A stretch of DNA of 64,000 nt from positions 27,888 through 91,887 of IMG/VR virus record IMGVR_UViG_2935124990_000001; one strand, written 5' to 3'. This document shows positions 52,727 to 61,604 of this stretch, piece after piece. The translations under genes were made by a program, and so were the position numbers. The stretch comes from a virus (Duplodnaviria; Caudoviricetes). A model generated the notes under the pieces. It was not told the DNA's origin. It worked only from the letters and a program-made list of their open reading frames with translations, and did not search any database. How positions within the stretch are numbered: position 1 is the first letter of the stretch; every line of letters begins with the position of its first letter.

Positions 52727-52981
52727 GTGAGCCCGGCCAAGCACCGCCTCCCGCCGGCGGTGACATTCCAGAGCGGCGCCCAGCTCCTCGTCGAACTCGG
52801 CATCGTCGACCACATCACCCACCAGGGCATCCGGCACATCGCGAAGAGCCACCCCGACTGGCCTTTCGGGCCGGACAAGGGCTTCCCGTACTGGGACCTA
52901 GCGAACGCGGTGGTGATGGAGACCGAGCCGTTCATCGCCTTCTTCCGAGAGCACCCCCGCGCTTCGGGCGGCGAGTCGTGA
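52727..52981 (+). CDS. Small putative DNA-binding (excisionase/AlpA-like) protein
   Basis: VTFQSGAQLL..ITHQGIRHIAKSHPDWP pattern; upstream of rep. Confidence 0.55.
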   Translation: MSPAKHRLPPAVTFQSGAQLLVELGIVDHITHQGIRHIAKSHPDWPFGPDKGFPYWDLANAVVMETEPFIAFFREHPRASGGES

Positions 52982-53209
52982 CGCGCTTACGCTCAGCTAT
53001 GGCCGCGGTTCGCGGTAGTCCTGGACATGCGAAAGGCCGGTGGGCAGCACCACCGGCCTTCCAAGCACAACAGCGGGTTCCCGCCCGCTGCAACAAGAAC
53101 GTCGATCCGTGAGAGAGCCGAGGTCCTCAGTGCTGAGGGTACCCGTAGCAACCCGCGCCACCGCAAGCCCACACTGCGTGATCCTCCGTACGGCGGGGGT
53201 GAGCGCGTG

Positions 53210-54310
53210 ATGCCGCAGGCTGAGGAGCTCAACGAGCACGGCGGCATTACGCGCGCCAAAGCGCCGGTCAGCGGCGTATCCGTCCCCGCCCACATGGGCG
53301 TGGGCGCCGACCTTGTGGACGGCATCGACTACGTGGTGCTGCTCCAGGTCCTCTTCGACGTCGCCTCCGGGATGGACGTCACCCCGTTGAAGGTGTGGGA
53401 GCGGCTGAAGGAGCGCGGGATCCGGTCGACGAAGAACCGGGAGGAGCTCGTCGGCAAGAACTCGGTGTACGAGTCGTTCACCCGGATCATCGCGGCCGGC
53501 TACTTGCTGCGGGTTGAGCTGCCGAACGAGAAGCACCCGGGCCGTAAGGGACGAATCGCGTACAAGCTGTACGACAACCCGGCGTGGAACCCCGAGTGGC
53601 AGGCGCGCCAGGTGGGCAGCGACCCTCTCGAGCCCTCAGAAAAGCAGCAGGTCAGAACACGTTCCGGAACCAGGGAACTGGTGGATGGGGAAGTTGGCGT
53701 TTCGCGGAAAACCGCAGGTCAGAATGGTTCCCGGAACCAGGGATCTGGTGACACCGGTTCCCCAGTTCCGGGACGTGGTGGAAGGCGTGTTCCCGCAGGT
53801 CAGAATGCTTCCCCGGTTCCGGGACGCGTTGAGCCGTCCCCCCCACACCCCCCGGAGGAGGTAACTACCTCCTCCCCCAACCCCCTCACCGGCACCAGCG
53901 GCCCCGGGGCGCTGCCGCCACAGACGGAGGGGGAGGAGGCTGGCTACACCCACGAAGACCTCCAGGCCGCCGCCGACGTGTTGCAGCTGCTGCCCGAGCC
54001 GTGGACGCAGGGCAAGCTGAACGCGGGCAAGCTCGCCCCAAAGCTCCTGACCGTGATGGCCGAGCAGGGCTGGCCCGGCATCCACGAGGTGAACCGCCAG
54101 GTTCTGGTCCGTCAGCTGACGAAGAACCCGCACAAGGTGACGAACCCTTACCGGCTGCTCGCGAGCGACCGGGTACCGAACCTGCCGCGGTACGAGGTCG
54201 TTGCCGCGGCCCCCAAGACCGACTCCAGCGGCTCCGCAGTGGAGATGTGCCCGAAGCACCCGACGTTCCGCGCCGGGTTCCGCTGCATTCCCTGCTGCAT
54301 GCCTGAGTGA
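53210..54310 (+). CDS. Replication initiator (wHTH N-terminus, iteron-encoded linker, C-terminal Cys/His motif)
   Basis: GKNSVYESFTRIIAAGYLLR..YKLYDNP; internal repeats; directly before helicase. Confidence 0.72.
   Translation: MPQAEELNEHGGITRAKAPVSGVSVPAHMGVGADLVDGIDYVVLLQVLFDVASGMDVTPLKVWERLKERGIRSTKNREELVGKNSVYESFTRIIAAGYLLRVELPNEKHPGRKGRIAYKLYDNPAWNPEWQARQVGSDPLEPSEKQQVRTRSGTRELVDGEVGVSRKTAGQNGSRNQGSGDTGSPVPGRGGRRVPAGQNASPVPGRVEPSPPHPPEEVTTSSPNPLTGTSGPGALPPQTEGEEAGYTHEDLQAAADVLQLLPEPWTQGKLNAGKLAPKLLTVMAEQGWPGIHEVNRQVLVRQLTKNPHKVTNPYRLLASDRVPNLPRYEVVAAAPKTDSSGSAVEMCPKHPTFRAGFRCIPCCMPE
53647..53826. repeat. Iteron-like repeats; candidate replication origin
   Basis: GCAGGTCAGAA x3 (53647, 53714, 53795); CCGGAACCAGGGA x2; inverted TTCCCCRGTTCCGGGACG x2. 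Confidence 0.7.
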
Positions 54311-54387
54311 CCGAACAAGGCGGGCCGGACCGTTGCTGCGGTCCGGCCCGTATCCCCTGCCCGACGCACCGAACAGGAGACCCTCCA

Positions 54388-55782
54388 GTGTCAACCACCC
54401 AGCACTTCCCCGCCCCACGCCCCGCCGCCGGCCCCGACGACTCCGACTGGAACGAAAACGGCCCAGCGGGCGCCGGGCTGCTCCGCAGGCCCCCGCACAG
54501 CCTGGAGGCCGAACAAGCCCTCCTGGGCGCTCTCATGACCAGCACAGGCCACGCAGGGCGGTACTTCGCCGAAGTCCTCGAGACCGGCATCACCGACACC
54601 GACTACTACCGTCCCGCCCACGCCACGATCCACCGGGCGATCCTGGCCCTCCACAAGGCCGGTGAGCCCGTCGAACCGCTCGCCGTCGCCCAAGAACTCA
54701 CCCGCCGCGGCGACCTCACCAAGGCCGGCGGGGCCGTCTACCTCCACACCTGCATCCAAGCCGTCCCCACCGCGGCAAACGGGTCCTACTACGCCGAAAT
54801 CGTCCGGGCAAAGGCATACCGACGGGCGGCAATCGAAGCCGCGGAGCAGATCATCCAGTACGCCTACAGCGAGGAAGGCAGCGAGGAGGACGTCCGCAGC
54901 CTCGTCGAGCAGAAGCTCACCGACATCATCACCGGCGTCCCCGGCATCAACGAGGCCCCGCCCACCGTCGGCGACCTCTACCTCGACTTCGTCGCCGAAC
55001 TCGAAGAAATCCAGAACGGCAGGCAGCTCGGGCTCCCGTACGGAATCGCCGACCTCGACACCGTCACCGCCGGCATGAAGCCCGGCAACGTCACCGTCAT
55101 CGCCGCCCAGTCCGGCGTCGGCAAGTCCACCCTCGCCCTGAACGCCGCCGTGCACGCCGCGAAGGCCGGCGCCCAGGTGATGTTCTCGTCGCTCGAGATG
55201 AGCAGCACCGAACTCATGCAGAAGATCGTGGCCGCCGAGGGGAACCTCGCCATGCACCACCTCACCCGCGAAGGCGGCCTCACCGCCGACGGGTGGGCAG
55301 AAGTGAACCGCCTCGGCCCGGCCCTGTTTCAGGCGCTCCCCCTGCGCGTCTACCGGCCCGACGGAGCAGCCCTCCGCGACATCGAGTCCGCCGCCCGGTC
55401 CTGTGTCCGCGCCAGCGGCCTCGACGTCCTCGTTGTCGACTACATCCAGCTCGTCGAGATCGAGCAGACCCGCAACAGCAACCGGGAACAGGCCGTCGCC
55501 GCCGTCTCCCGCGGCCTCAAGAACCTGTCTGTGCAGCTCGGCTGCCACGTCATCGCGCTCTCCCAGCTCAACGACGACGGCATGATGCGCGAGTCCAGGG
55601 CCATCAAGAACGACGCCTCCGTCGTCATCAAGGTGGAGCGCCCGGACATGGAGGAGCCGGAGTCGGCGCGCGCCGGCGAAGTGGACCTGGTGATCGAGAA
55701 GAACCGGTTCGGGCCGCGGGCCACGGTGACGGCTGCCGCGCAGCTGCACTACAGCCGGTTCGTCGACATGAACCGGACCTAG
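54388..55782 (+). CDS. dnaB: DnaB-like replicative helicase
   Basis: PPHSLEAEQALLG, AAQSGVGKST, FSSLEMS, VVDYIQL, LSQLN, KNRFGP; AGGAG RBS. Confidence 0.93.
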   Translation: MSTTQHFPAPRPAAGPDDSDWNENGPAGAGLLRRPPHSLEAEQALLGALMTSTGHAGRYFAEVLETGITDTDYYRPAHATIHRAILALHKAGEPVEPLAVAQELTRRGDLTKAGGAVYLHTCIQAVPTAANGSYYAEIVRAKAYRRAAIEAAEQIIQYAYSEEGSEEDVRSLVEQKLTDIITGVPGINEAPPTVGDLYLDFVAELEEIQNGRQLGLPYGIADLDTVTAGMKPGNVTVIAAQSGVGKSTLALNAAVHAAKAGAQVMFSSLEMSSTELMQKIVAAEGNLAMHHLTREGGLTADGWAEVNRLGPALFQALPLRVYRPDGAALRDIESAARSCVRASGLDVLVVDYIQLVEIEQTRNSNREQAVAAVSRGLKNLSVQLGCHVIALSQLNDDGMMRESRAIKNDASVVIKVERPDMEEPESARAGEVDLVIEKNRFGPRATVTAAAQLHYSRFVDMNRT

Positions 55783-55792
55783 AACCTCGAAA

Positions 55793-55825
55793 CGTATTGC
55801 TTAGCAATACGAGAATGGGTATGTT
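55793..55825 (+). promoter_or_regulatory. Operator copy 3 (perfect palindrome) over promoter TTGCTT-17-TATGTT
   Basis: CGTATTGC-TTA-GCAATACG at 55793-55811. Confidence 0.75.
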
Positions 55826-55965
55826 GGGTGCGCACCCGGGCCTCCGGTTCCGAGGCCAAGGCCACGGGTGCGACTCCCAACCGATCCCTCCCCAGAGGAG
55901 GCCTTCCGGCGTGGTGGCCCCATCGTCCACCAGCACCACCCACCACGCCCCGGAAGGCCCCCACG

Positions 55966-56148
55966 ATGACCAATAACCACCCCACCGGCCAGAACCCGAC
56001 CCCCGCGCACATCACGGCCGCCGCACTGGCACTCACCGTCTACGCCGCCTTCACCCTCACCCCCGAGCAGGCCGAGCACCTCCTGGCCATCCTCGGCATC
56101 CCTGGAGCCATCAGTGGGGTTCTCGTCCACAGCAGGCGGCCGTCCTGA
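55966..56148 (+). CDS. Small two-TM membrane protein
   Basis: GAAGG RBS; two hydrophobic segments. Confidence 0.55.
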   Translation: MTNNHPTGQNPTPAHITAAALALTVYAAFTLTPEQAEHLLAILGIPGAISGVLVHSRRPS

Positions 56149-56186
56149 AACACTCTCCCCAGAGCACCCTGACCCTGGAGAACCTC

Positions 56187-56567
56187 TTGAGCAACAACCC
56201 AGCCCGCCACCTGTCCGATGCCGCAGAGAACATCCGCACCTTCAACCACACCTCCCGCAGCACTGGCGACGACTGGATCTACCCCAGCCACGCGTACAAC
56301 GCCGTCGGGAACCTCTCGCACCTGGTCGGGATGCTCGGTCAGGCCGTTGAGCAGTCCACGGCCCCCGTCAGGAGCACGTACGAGCAGGGTCGGCTCCGCA
56401 TTGACGGGAACGGCGACACGGACGTGAAGTTCGCCGAGCTGGTGTCCGCTCTCGAAGACGCCGTCGCCGCCGCATCCGCGCTGGCCGCGGCCGTGCAGCG
56501 CATGCACAACGCCGTCTCCCCCATGGCGTACGACGACAGCGGCCTCCCGGAGTCCGAGGACGACTAG
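56187..56567 (+). CDS. Helical hypothetical protein (paralog of 58392..58811)
   Basis: DAAENIRTFNH motif; GGAG RBS. Confidence 0.7.
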   Translation: MSNNPARHLSDAAENIRTFNHTSRSTGDDWIYPSHAYNAVGNLSHLVGMLGQAVEQSTAPVRSTYEQGRLRIDGNGDTDVKFAELVSALEDAVAAASALAAAVQRMHNAVSPMAYDDSGLPESEDD

Positions 56568-56700
56568 CCCACCGCGCGTGTTACGCCCGTGCCATCCCGG
56601 CAGCCCCCGTCCGCACCCTGGTCGGGGGCTTCGCCGTACGCGTCAGCCGATCTCACCGAAACCCCGGACAAGCCCCCACCAGGCCGACAAGACTGACCGC

Positions 56701-57264
56701 ATGACAGCCGACCCCGCCACGGGCGCCAGCACCATCACCCAGCCCTACAACCCCGGCTACGTATGGAGATTCACCTCCAAAAGCAATCACACCGCCCCCG
56801 TCGAGTACCTTGAGAAACTCGCCCTCCGCTTCGAGGTCGCCCAAGCCGACCTCTCCGACGGATACCAGCCCGTCGACATCACCCCCGAAGCCCTCTGGGC
56901 GGCCTGGGCCGACACCGTTGCAAACACCTACCACCAGCAGCACCCCGACCAGTTTCGCCCCGGCGAAGTACCGATCTACTGGACAGTCGACTGCCCCGGC
57001 AAAGGAATGATCGAGCCCCCGCCGCACCTTCCCGGGTACACCGAGGACTTCCTCACGTACTACACGCACCCTGTGCACGCTGTGACAGATGAACGGCTGA
57101 ACTGGCTACGGCTCCCGGTCCTGGACAGTCAGTGGAACGAGACCATCACCGACCGCGGCGGGTTCATCCAGCAGGTCACCGGGTGGAAGCCGTCCCCGTT
57201 GCAGCCCACGATGGACGTCCGGCAGATCGGGGCCGCCGCCGGCCTGTACGTCCCGCCCCTGTAA
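56701..57264 (+). CDS. Hypothetical protein
   Basis: EDFLTYYTHP..LNWLRLPV..TGWKPSPLQ. Confidence 0.7.
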   Translation: MTADPATGASTITQPYNPGYVWRFTSKSNHTAPVEYLEKLALRFEVAQADLSDGYQPVDITPEALWAAWADTVANTYHQQHPDQFRPGEVPIYWTVDCPGKGMIEPPPHLPGYTEDFLTYYTHPVHAVTDERLNWLRLPVLDSQWNETITDRGGFIQQVTGWKPSPLQPTMDVRQIGAAAGLYVPPL

Positions 57265-57309
57265 AACCCTCACCCCACCACACCCGCACACCCAGAAAGC
57301 CGCACCCGA

Positions 57310-57552
57310 ATGACCAAGCCCCGCTACACCATGGAACAGCACGAACACCTCGGCATGCGCCTCGCCGTGATCAGAGACGAACTGCTCAACCTGTACGTTG
57401 ACGTCGCCAACGCCTACCCGAAGACCGGCCCCGAAGCCCGCCACCTCGGCCGGGCCTACGAGACCATCGACAAGGCGCGCTGCGAACTCGAGAACGCCAT
57501 GTTCCGAGAGCACCCTGAGGGCTCGACCCGCGTGTACTACCCACGGCGCTGA
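57310..57552 (+). CDS. Hypothetical protein
   Basis: High GC3 ORF, co-oriented with neighbours. Confidence 0.68.
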   Translation: MTKPRYTMEQHEHLGMRLAVIRDELLNLYVDVANAYPKTGPEARHLGRAYETIDKARCELENAMFREHPEGSTRVYYPRR

Positions 57553-57704
57553 GCACAGCATCGCGTTGCCAACCCCTGCTCGCCCCCTGCCCGGTTCGGG
57601 TGGGGGGTGACGTGTTTCCGCCCGGCCTGTCAGCACCAGGTGTCACAGTGAGCGCAGAGAGCTGGCACGCCCGTGCAGGCCGCCTGACTACCGAAAGGCA
57701 GTAC

Positions 57705-58094
57705 GTGAACGCCCCAGCGCCTGTTTACATCCTGATCCGCCCCGACGGCACTGCCCAGTGGGGCCACCGCATCGGCCCTGCCGAGAAGGAACTCGGCCCC
57801 CACGGCATCGGCCGCGCCTTCCTCACGGACGGGTCCCGGCTCCGCATCGCCATGTCGGACTGCGCGCTGCTCCTCCCCGAGGAGTACGCCCCCAACCCGT
57901 ACGCGGCCGCGGTGCTGGCCGGGGTTGCTGGCATGCCCGCTTCCATGGCCCCCGAGACCAGGGGCCCTGTAATCCTCTTCGGGTGGGACGGCATGAACGA
58001 GTGGGACAGCACCCGGCCCTTCACCGCCGACGAGCGCGACACCATCACGGCCGCGCTCACCGCCGCCGAGTGCGTTGCCGAAACCGTCAGCTGA
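57705..58094 (+). CDS. Hypothetical protein
   Basis: GAAAGG RBS; YILIRPDG..NPYA..RGPVILFG. Confidence 0.65.
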   Translation: MNAPAPVYILIRPDGTAQWGHRIGPAEKELGPHGIGRAFLTDGSRLRIAMSDCALLLPEEYAPNPYAAAVLAGVAGMPASMAPETRGPVILFGWDGMNEWDSTRPFTADERDTITAALTAAECVAETVS

Positions 58095-58104
58095 GGAGAC
58101 CTCC

Positions 58105-58392
58105 GTGAAGCACTACGAGACCATCCCCCTGGACGCCCGCCTGGCGGAGAACGTCCACTACGCCACCGACAACCGCATCCGCGCCCTCGCCCAAGCCATG
58201 TGGCGGATGAAGACCGGCAAGACCCGAGAGGACTGGCTCGCCCTCGGCAAGGACCACCCCGACAACCTGATCCCCGAAGCGCGGGACTGGGTGCGTGCCG
58301 CAGTCGCCGCCGGCATCCTGGAGCCACCGGAGCGCGACACCTCGGCGGATGCCGCGTACAAGGCGATGGTGGCCGCTAGGGGGACCCGCTGA
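58105..58392 (+). CDS. Hypothetical protein
   Basis: GAGGAG RBS before GTG. Confidence 0.68.
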   Translation: MKHYETIPLDARLAENVHYATDNRIRALAQAMWRMKTGKTREDWLALGKDHPDNLIPEARDWVRAAVAAGILEPPERDTSADAAYKAMVAARGTR

Positions 58393-58811
58393 TGGACCTG
58401 AACCGTGACCCGCACCGCAGCATTCGTGACGCCGCCGAAAACATCCGCGAGTACAACCACCGCACCATCAACGGCCCCGAAGTCTTCTACGGCGAGCACC
58501 AGCTCATCAACCACGCACCCCCCGCCATCGGGGAAGCCGTCGGCGCCTTGTACGTTCTTTTCGAACGCCTCCCCCAGGCCGTCGACCAGACCGCGGCCGC
58601 CGTACGGCACGTCGAAGAACAGCACGCCATTCGCATGGCCAACGGGGCTGAAACCGACGAGGCGGTGTCCCGGCTGCTGCGGGCGCTGATCGACGCCCGG
58701 CAGTCCATGCTCCTCGCCCAGACGCACCTGCGGTCCGCGGTCCAGGTGTCGTCGAACATGGCCGGCCACTGGGTGGACGACGAGCTCGAGGACGCGGACG
58801 CCAACGCGTAG
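58392..58811 (+). CDS. Helical hypothetical protein (paralog of 56187..56567)
   Basis: DAAENIREYNH motif; TGATG overlap. Confidence 0.7.
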   Translation: MDLNRDPHRSIRDAAENIREYNHRTINGPEVFYGEHQLINHAPPAIGEAVGALYVLFERLPQAVDQTAAAVRHVEEQHAIRMANGAETDEAVSRLLRALIDARQSMLLAQTHLRSAVQVSSNMAGHWVDDELEDADANA

Positions 58812-58918
58812 ACGTACCACTCCGCACCAACCGCCGGCCCGGCACGAACACGCCCCCGCACCCGTGCCGGGCCGCAGCGTGCGACACAGATGCGACACAC
58901 ACCTGCTGTGATCCACCC

Positions 58919-59191
58919 ATGCGAGAAGTTCAAGCCCTGCAAACCGCCTACACCCTCCTCGAGCCCCTCAGTCCCGAGGACCGGCAGCACGCCCTGGCCT
59001 GGGTGACCGCCATGCTCGGCACCCGCAGCCTCACCCCGGAACACACGGCTACCGCGGTCCGCATCATGAAAGAGCCGCATCTGCCGTACAGCTTGATGGC
59101 CTGCCAGGTATCTCTGATGGCTCTGGGGGTGCTGAGAGGTGATGCGCGGGAGCGGTCGGTGCGGTGGTTGACGGAGGTGCTTTTGAGGTAG
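58919..59191 (+). CDS. Small protein with two helical repeats
   Basis: L..L..EDRQHALAW / L..L..DARERSVRW. Confidence 0.55.
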   Translation: MREVQALQTAYTLLEPLSPEDRQHALAWVTAMLGTRSLTPEHTATAVRIMKEPHLPYSLMACQVSLMALGVLRGDARERSVRWLTEVLLR

Positions 59192-59263
59192 CGCACGGTA
59201 TGTCGGGTGCCCCTGGCCGGTGTGGTCGGGGGCTTTGTCGTGCCCGGACACAGAGCCCGCATT

Positions 59264-59296
59264 CGCATGGCTATGCAATACGTTTCGCGGTATCAT
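59264..59296 (+). promoter_or_regulatory. Operator copy 4 over promoter TGGCTA-17-TATCAT
   Basis: CGCATGGC-TAT-GCAATACG at 59264-59282. Confidence 0.68.
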
Positions 59297-59423
59297 GGTG
59301 CATGACCTGCGCGGACCCGGGGGAACGAATCGGCCGCACGGGCTGACCCTGGAAGAGCCCACACCACCCGGAGCCCCTGATGCCCGACACCACCACCGCC
59401 GGCCTCCCCGCTCAGGCGGGCCG

Positions 59424-59615
59424 ATGACCGCCTACGACGCCTACCTCGCCGCTCGCCTCCTGGCCGCCAGTGGCCGCACGGACACCGACGCGGTCACGAC
59501 TGCTGACATGGACGCCGCCGCCGACATCGCTGGGGCCGACCGCCCCAGTTCGGGGCACGACCGGCAGGCCGTCCGCCTCGCCCTCGACACCATCACCCAG
59601 CCCTGGAGCCTCTGA
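59424..59615 (+). CDS. Small hypothetical protein
   Basis: TGATG overlap with next gene. Confidence 0.55.
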   Translation: MTAYDAYLAARLLAASGRTDTDAVTTADMDAAADIAGADRPSSGHDRQAVRLALDTITQPWSL

Positions 59616-60034
59616 TGCCCACCACCCCCACCCCCGACGACGCCCACGTCCAGCACCAGTGGATCCTCACCCACCCCGACACCGACCGCGACGACGTTCA
59701 CATCGAGCTGTGGACCGACGACTACACCGTCCGCGTGACCGGGGGCGACGGCGAGGACAGCGAGGAGGGGCGCCCCGCGGTCGAGGCTCTGCTGACCAAG
59801 TACCAGTCGGCCGGCTACCGGGTGGCCCACGACTACCCGGTGAACGACCCCGCGCCCGAACCTGAGAACACCCCCGAGCCGGAGCTGGCCGAGCCTGACG
59901 GCCGCCCTGACGCCTGCCCCGAGTGCGGCAGCCCCGTCGAGTACGAGCCCACGTACACGCACCCCGACACCTGGGGGGAGGGCCCGGCGTGGCTGTGCAC
60001 CGGCTGCCGCTGGGGCCGGTGGATCACCGCGTGA
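59615..60034 (+). CDS. Hypothetical protein with C-terminal zinc ribbon
   Basis: CPECG..WLCTGC. Confidence 0.68.
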   Translation: MPTTPTPDDAHVQHQWILTHPDTDRDDVHIELWTDDYTVRVTGGDGEDSEEGRPAVEALLTKYQSAGYRVAHDYPVNDPAPEPENTPEPELAEPDGRPDACPECGSPVEYEPTYTHPDTWGEGPAWLCTGCRWGRWITA

Positions 60035-60043
60035 CCAGCAAGA

Positions 60044-60072
60044 CGCCCGCCCGGCGGATATCCGGGCGGGCG
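60044..60072 (+). terminator. GC-rich hairpin
   Basis: CGCCCGCCCGG / CCGGGCGGGCG. Confidence 0.45.
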
Positions 60073-60109
60073 CCCACCGCACACCGTACCGACCACCTTG
60101 GAGCCTCAC

Positions 60110-61165
60110 ATGCCTGACACCTCACCCACCCCCGACGGCCGCCCCGCCGAGAGCATCCTCGGCCCCATCACCCCGATCTGCTGCCCCGAGCCGGACTGCC
60201 ACTGGGCGGTGCACGGGGTGCCGGACAAGTACGCGGACAGCCGGGCGCGGATTGTCCGCGAGCACGTGGCCGCCGAGCACACGCCGACACCGGAGCCCCG
60301 CCCCGCCGCCCTGCTGCGCGCCGCTGCTGTGCGTGCCCGGGAGACCGGCGGCCCGCTGCACACCGTCCTGGCCCTCCTGCTGGACGCGGTGGCGGTGGAC
60401 GCGATCGGCTGCCGGTGTGTCCCGGAGTGCCCGACGGGGGCTGCCCTGGCGGTGGCCCGGCAGCTCCTCGGCACCACGGGCGAGACCACCGCCGTCGAGG
60501 AGCAGGAGCCGATCCAGCTCCGGTGGGGGCTCAACGACGTCATGTACGGCGACGACGACACCACCACCATCCTGCTGTCCGGGCCCGGCCGGGAGCCGTA
60601 CTGGGTGGAGCTGGACCCGGAGCGCACGGCCGCACTTCGCGACGCGCTCGCCGGGCTCGACGCCTCCGCCCCGCCCGCGCCTGCCGACCGGGCCGCGAAG
60701 CGCAACGAAATCCGCGACAGCTACGCCGAGACCATCGCCATGGCCCGCGAGGACCGCGATCACGAAGGCGCCTTCACGCTGGAGTGCCAGCTCCGTGACC
60801 GCGAGGAGCAGTGGCGGCGCGAGGACGACGCTGCCGCCGGAGTGCAGCCGCCCACCGAGGGCGAGGAGCAGGCCGCCAGCCCGCGCCGCCGTCTGGCCGG
60901 TGAGGCTGCCGCCGGGGCACACCAGACCAAGCAGGCGCAGCCGGCGGACGAGGACCAGCCCGTCGTCGCCTACCGGGACCCCCGCCACCCCCGCGTCCTG
61001 TTCTGCCTCGACCACGGCGCCCGCTGGCACGGCGTCGTCCCCGTCACCGCCGAAGACCTCCCCGACGGCGGGATCTGCACCTTCGGGCAGCTCAGCTCCT
61101 ACGCCTGCGGCCGGGACGTCCTGGCCACCCCCGTTGTTCCTGCCGCGCCCGAGGAGACCCAGTGA
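60110..61165 (+). CDS. Mosaic multi-module phage protein
   Basis: C2H2-like start, several short modules, C-terminal CLDH..GGICT..CGRDVL. Confidence 0.68.
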   Translation: MPDTSPTPDGRPAESILGPITPICCPEPDCHWAVHGVPDKYADSRARIVREHVAAEHTPTPEPRPAALLRAAAVRARETGGPLHTVLALLLDAVAVDAIGCRCVPECPTGAALAVARQLLGTTGETTAVEEQEPIQLRWGLNDVMYGDDDTTTILLSGPGREPYWVELDPERTAALRDALAGLDASAPPAPADRAAKRNEIRDSYAETIAMAREDRDHEGAFTLECQLRDREEQWRREDDAAAGVQPPTEGEEQAASPRRRLAGEAAAGAHQTKQAQPADEDQPVVAYRDPRHPRVLFCLDHGARWHGVVPVTAEDLPDGGICTFGQLSSYACGRDVLATPVVPAAPEETQ

Positions 61166-61539
61166 CCACGCCCGTCCGTATCCAACGCCGCCGCACGAAG
61201 GGTTGGCGCACGCCCGACAACACCGTGATCGTCACCCGACCCAGCCGGTTCGGGAACCCCTTCACCCTCGCCATGGCCTACGACCTCGGATACGCCCAGC
61301 CCGGCGAAACGAGCGCTGCCCGCCGTGCCGTCGTCGGGGCCTTCCAGGAATGGCTCCGAGGGAACCGCCTGATGTGGCAGTCCGAGGAAGGCGACACCGC
61401 GCGGCGGCGGCTCCTCGATGGGCTGCACGAGCTGCGCGGCAAGAACCTCGCCTGCTACTGCCCGCTCCCCAAGCCCGGCCAGCCCGACCACTGCCACGCC
61501 GCCGTCCTCCTCAACCTCGCCAACACCCCCGCCGCCTGA
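61162..61539 (+). CDS. DUF4326-family protein
   Basis: RIQRRRTKGWR..RPSRFGNPF..LRGKNLACYC..CHAAVL. Confidence 0.88.
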   Translation: MTTPVRIQRRRTKGWRTPDNTVIVTRPSRFGNPFTLAMAYDLGYAQPGETSAARRAVVGAFQEWLRGNRLMWQSEEGDTARRRLLDGLHELRGKNLACYCPLPKPGQPDHCHAAVLLNLANTPAA

Positions 61540-61604
61540 CCCCTGTCTGCTGTGTGGCCGCCCCACCACCGGGGCGGCCCCCAACCCCGGAAGGACCACC
61601 CGCC

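Noticed and set aside
55560-55620. DnaB lacks the usual R..E.R..KRP..SDL segment (reads LSQLNDDGMMRESR)
   Set aside because: Frame intact and all core motifs present; treated as a phage-type short variant rather than a lesion
55823-55881. tRNA gene (GGGTGCGACTCCC resembles a T-arm)
   Set aside because: No TTC in the loop, no D-arm or acceptor stem, no CCA
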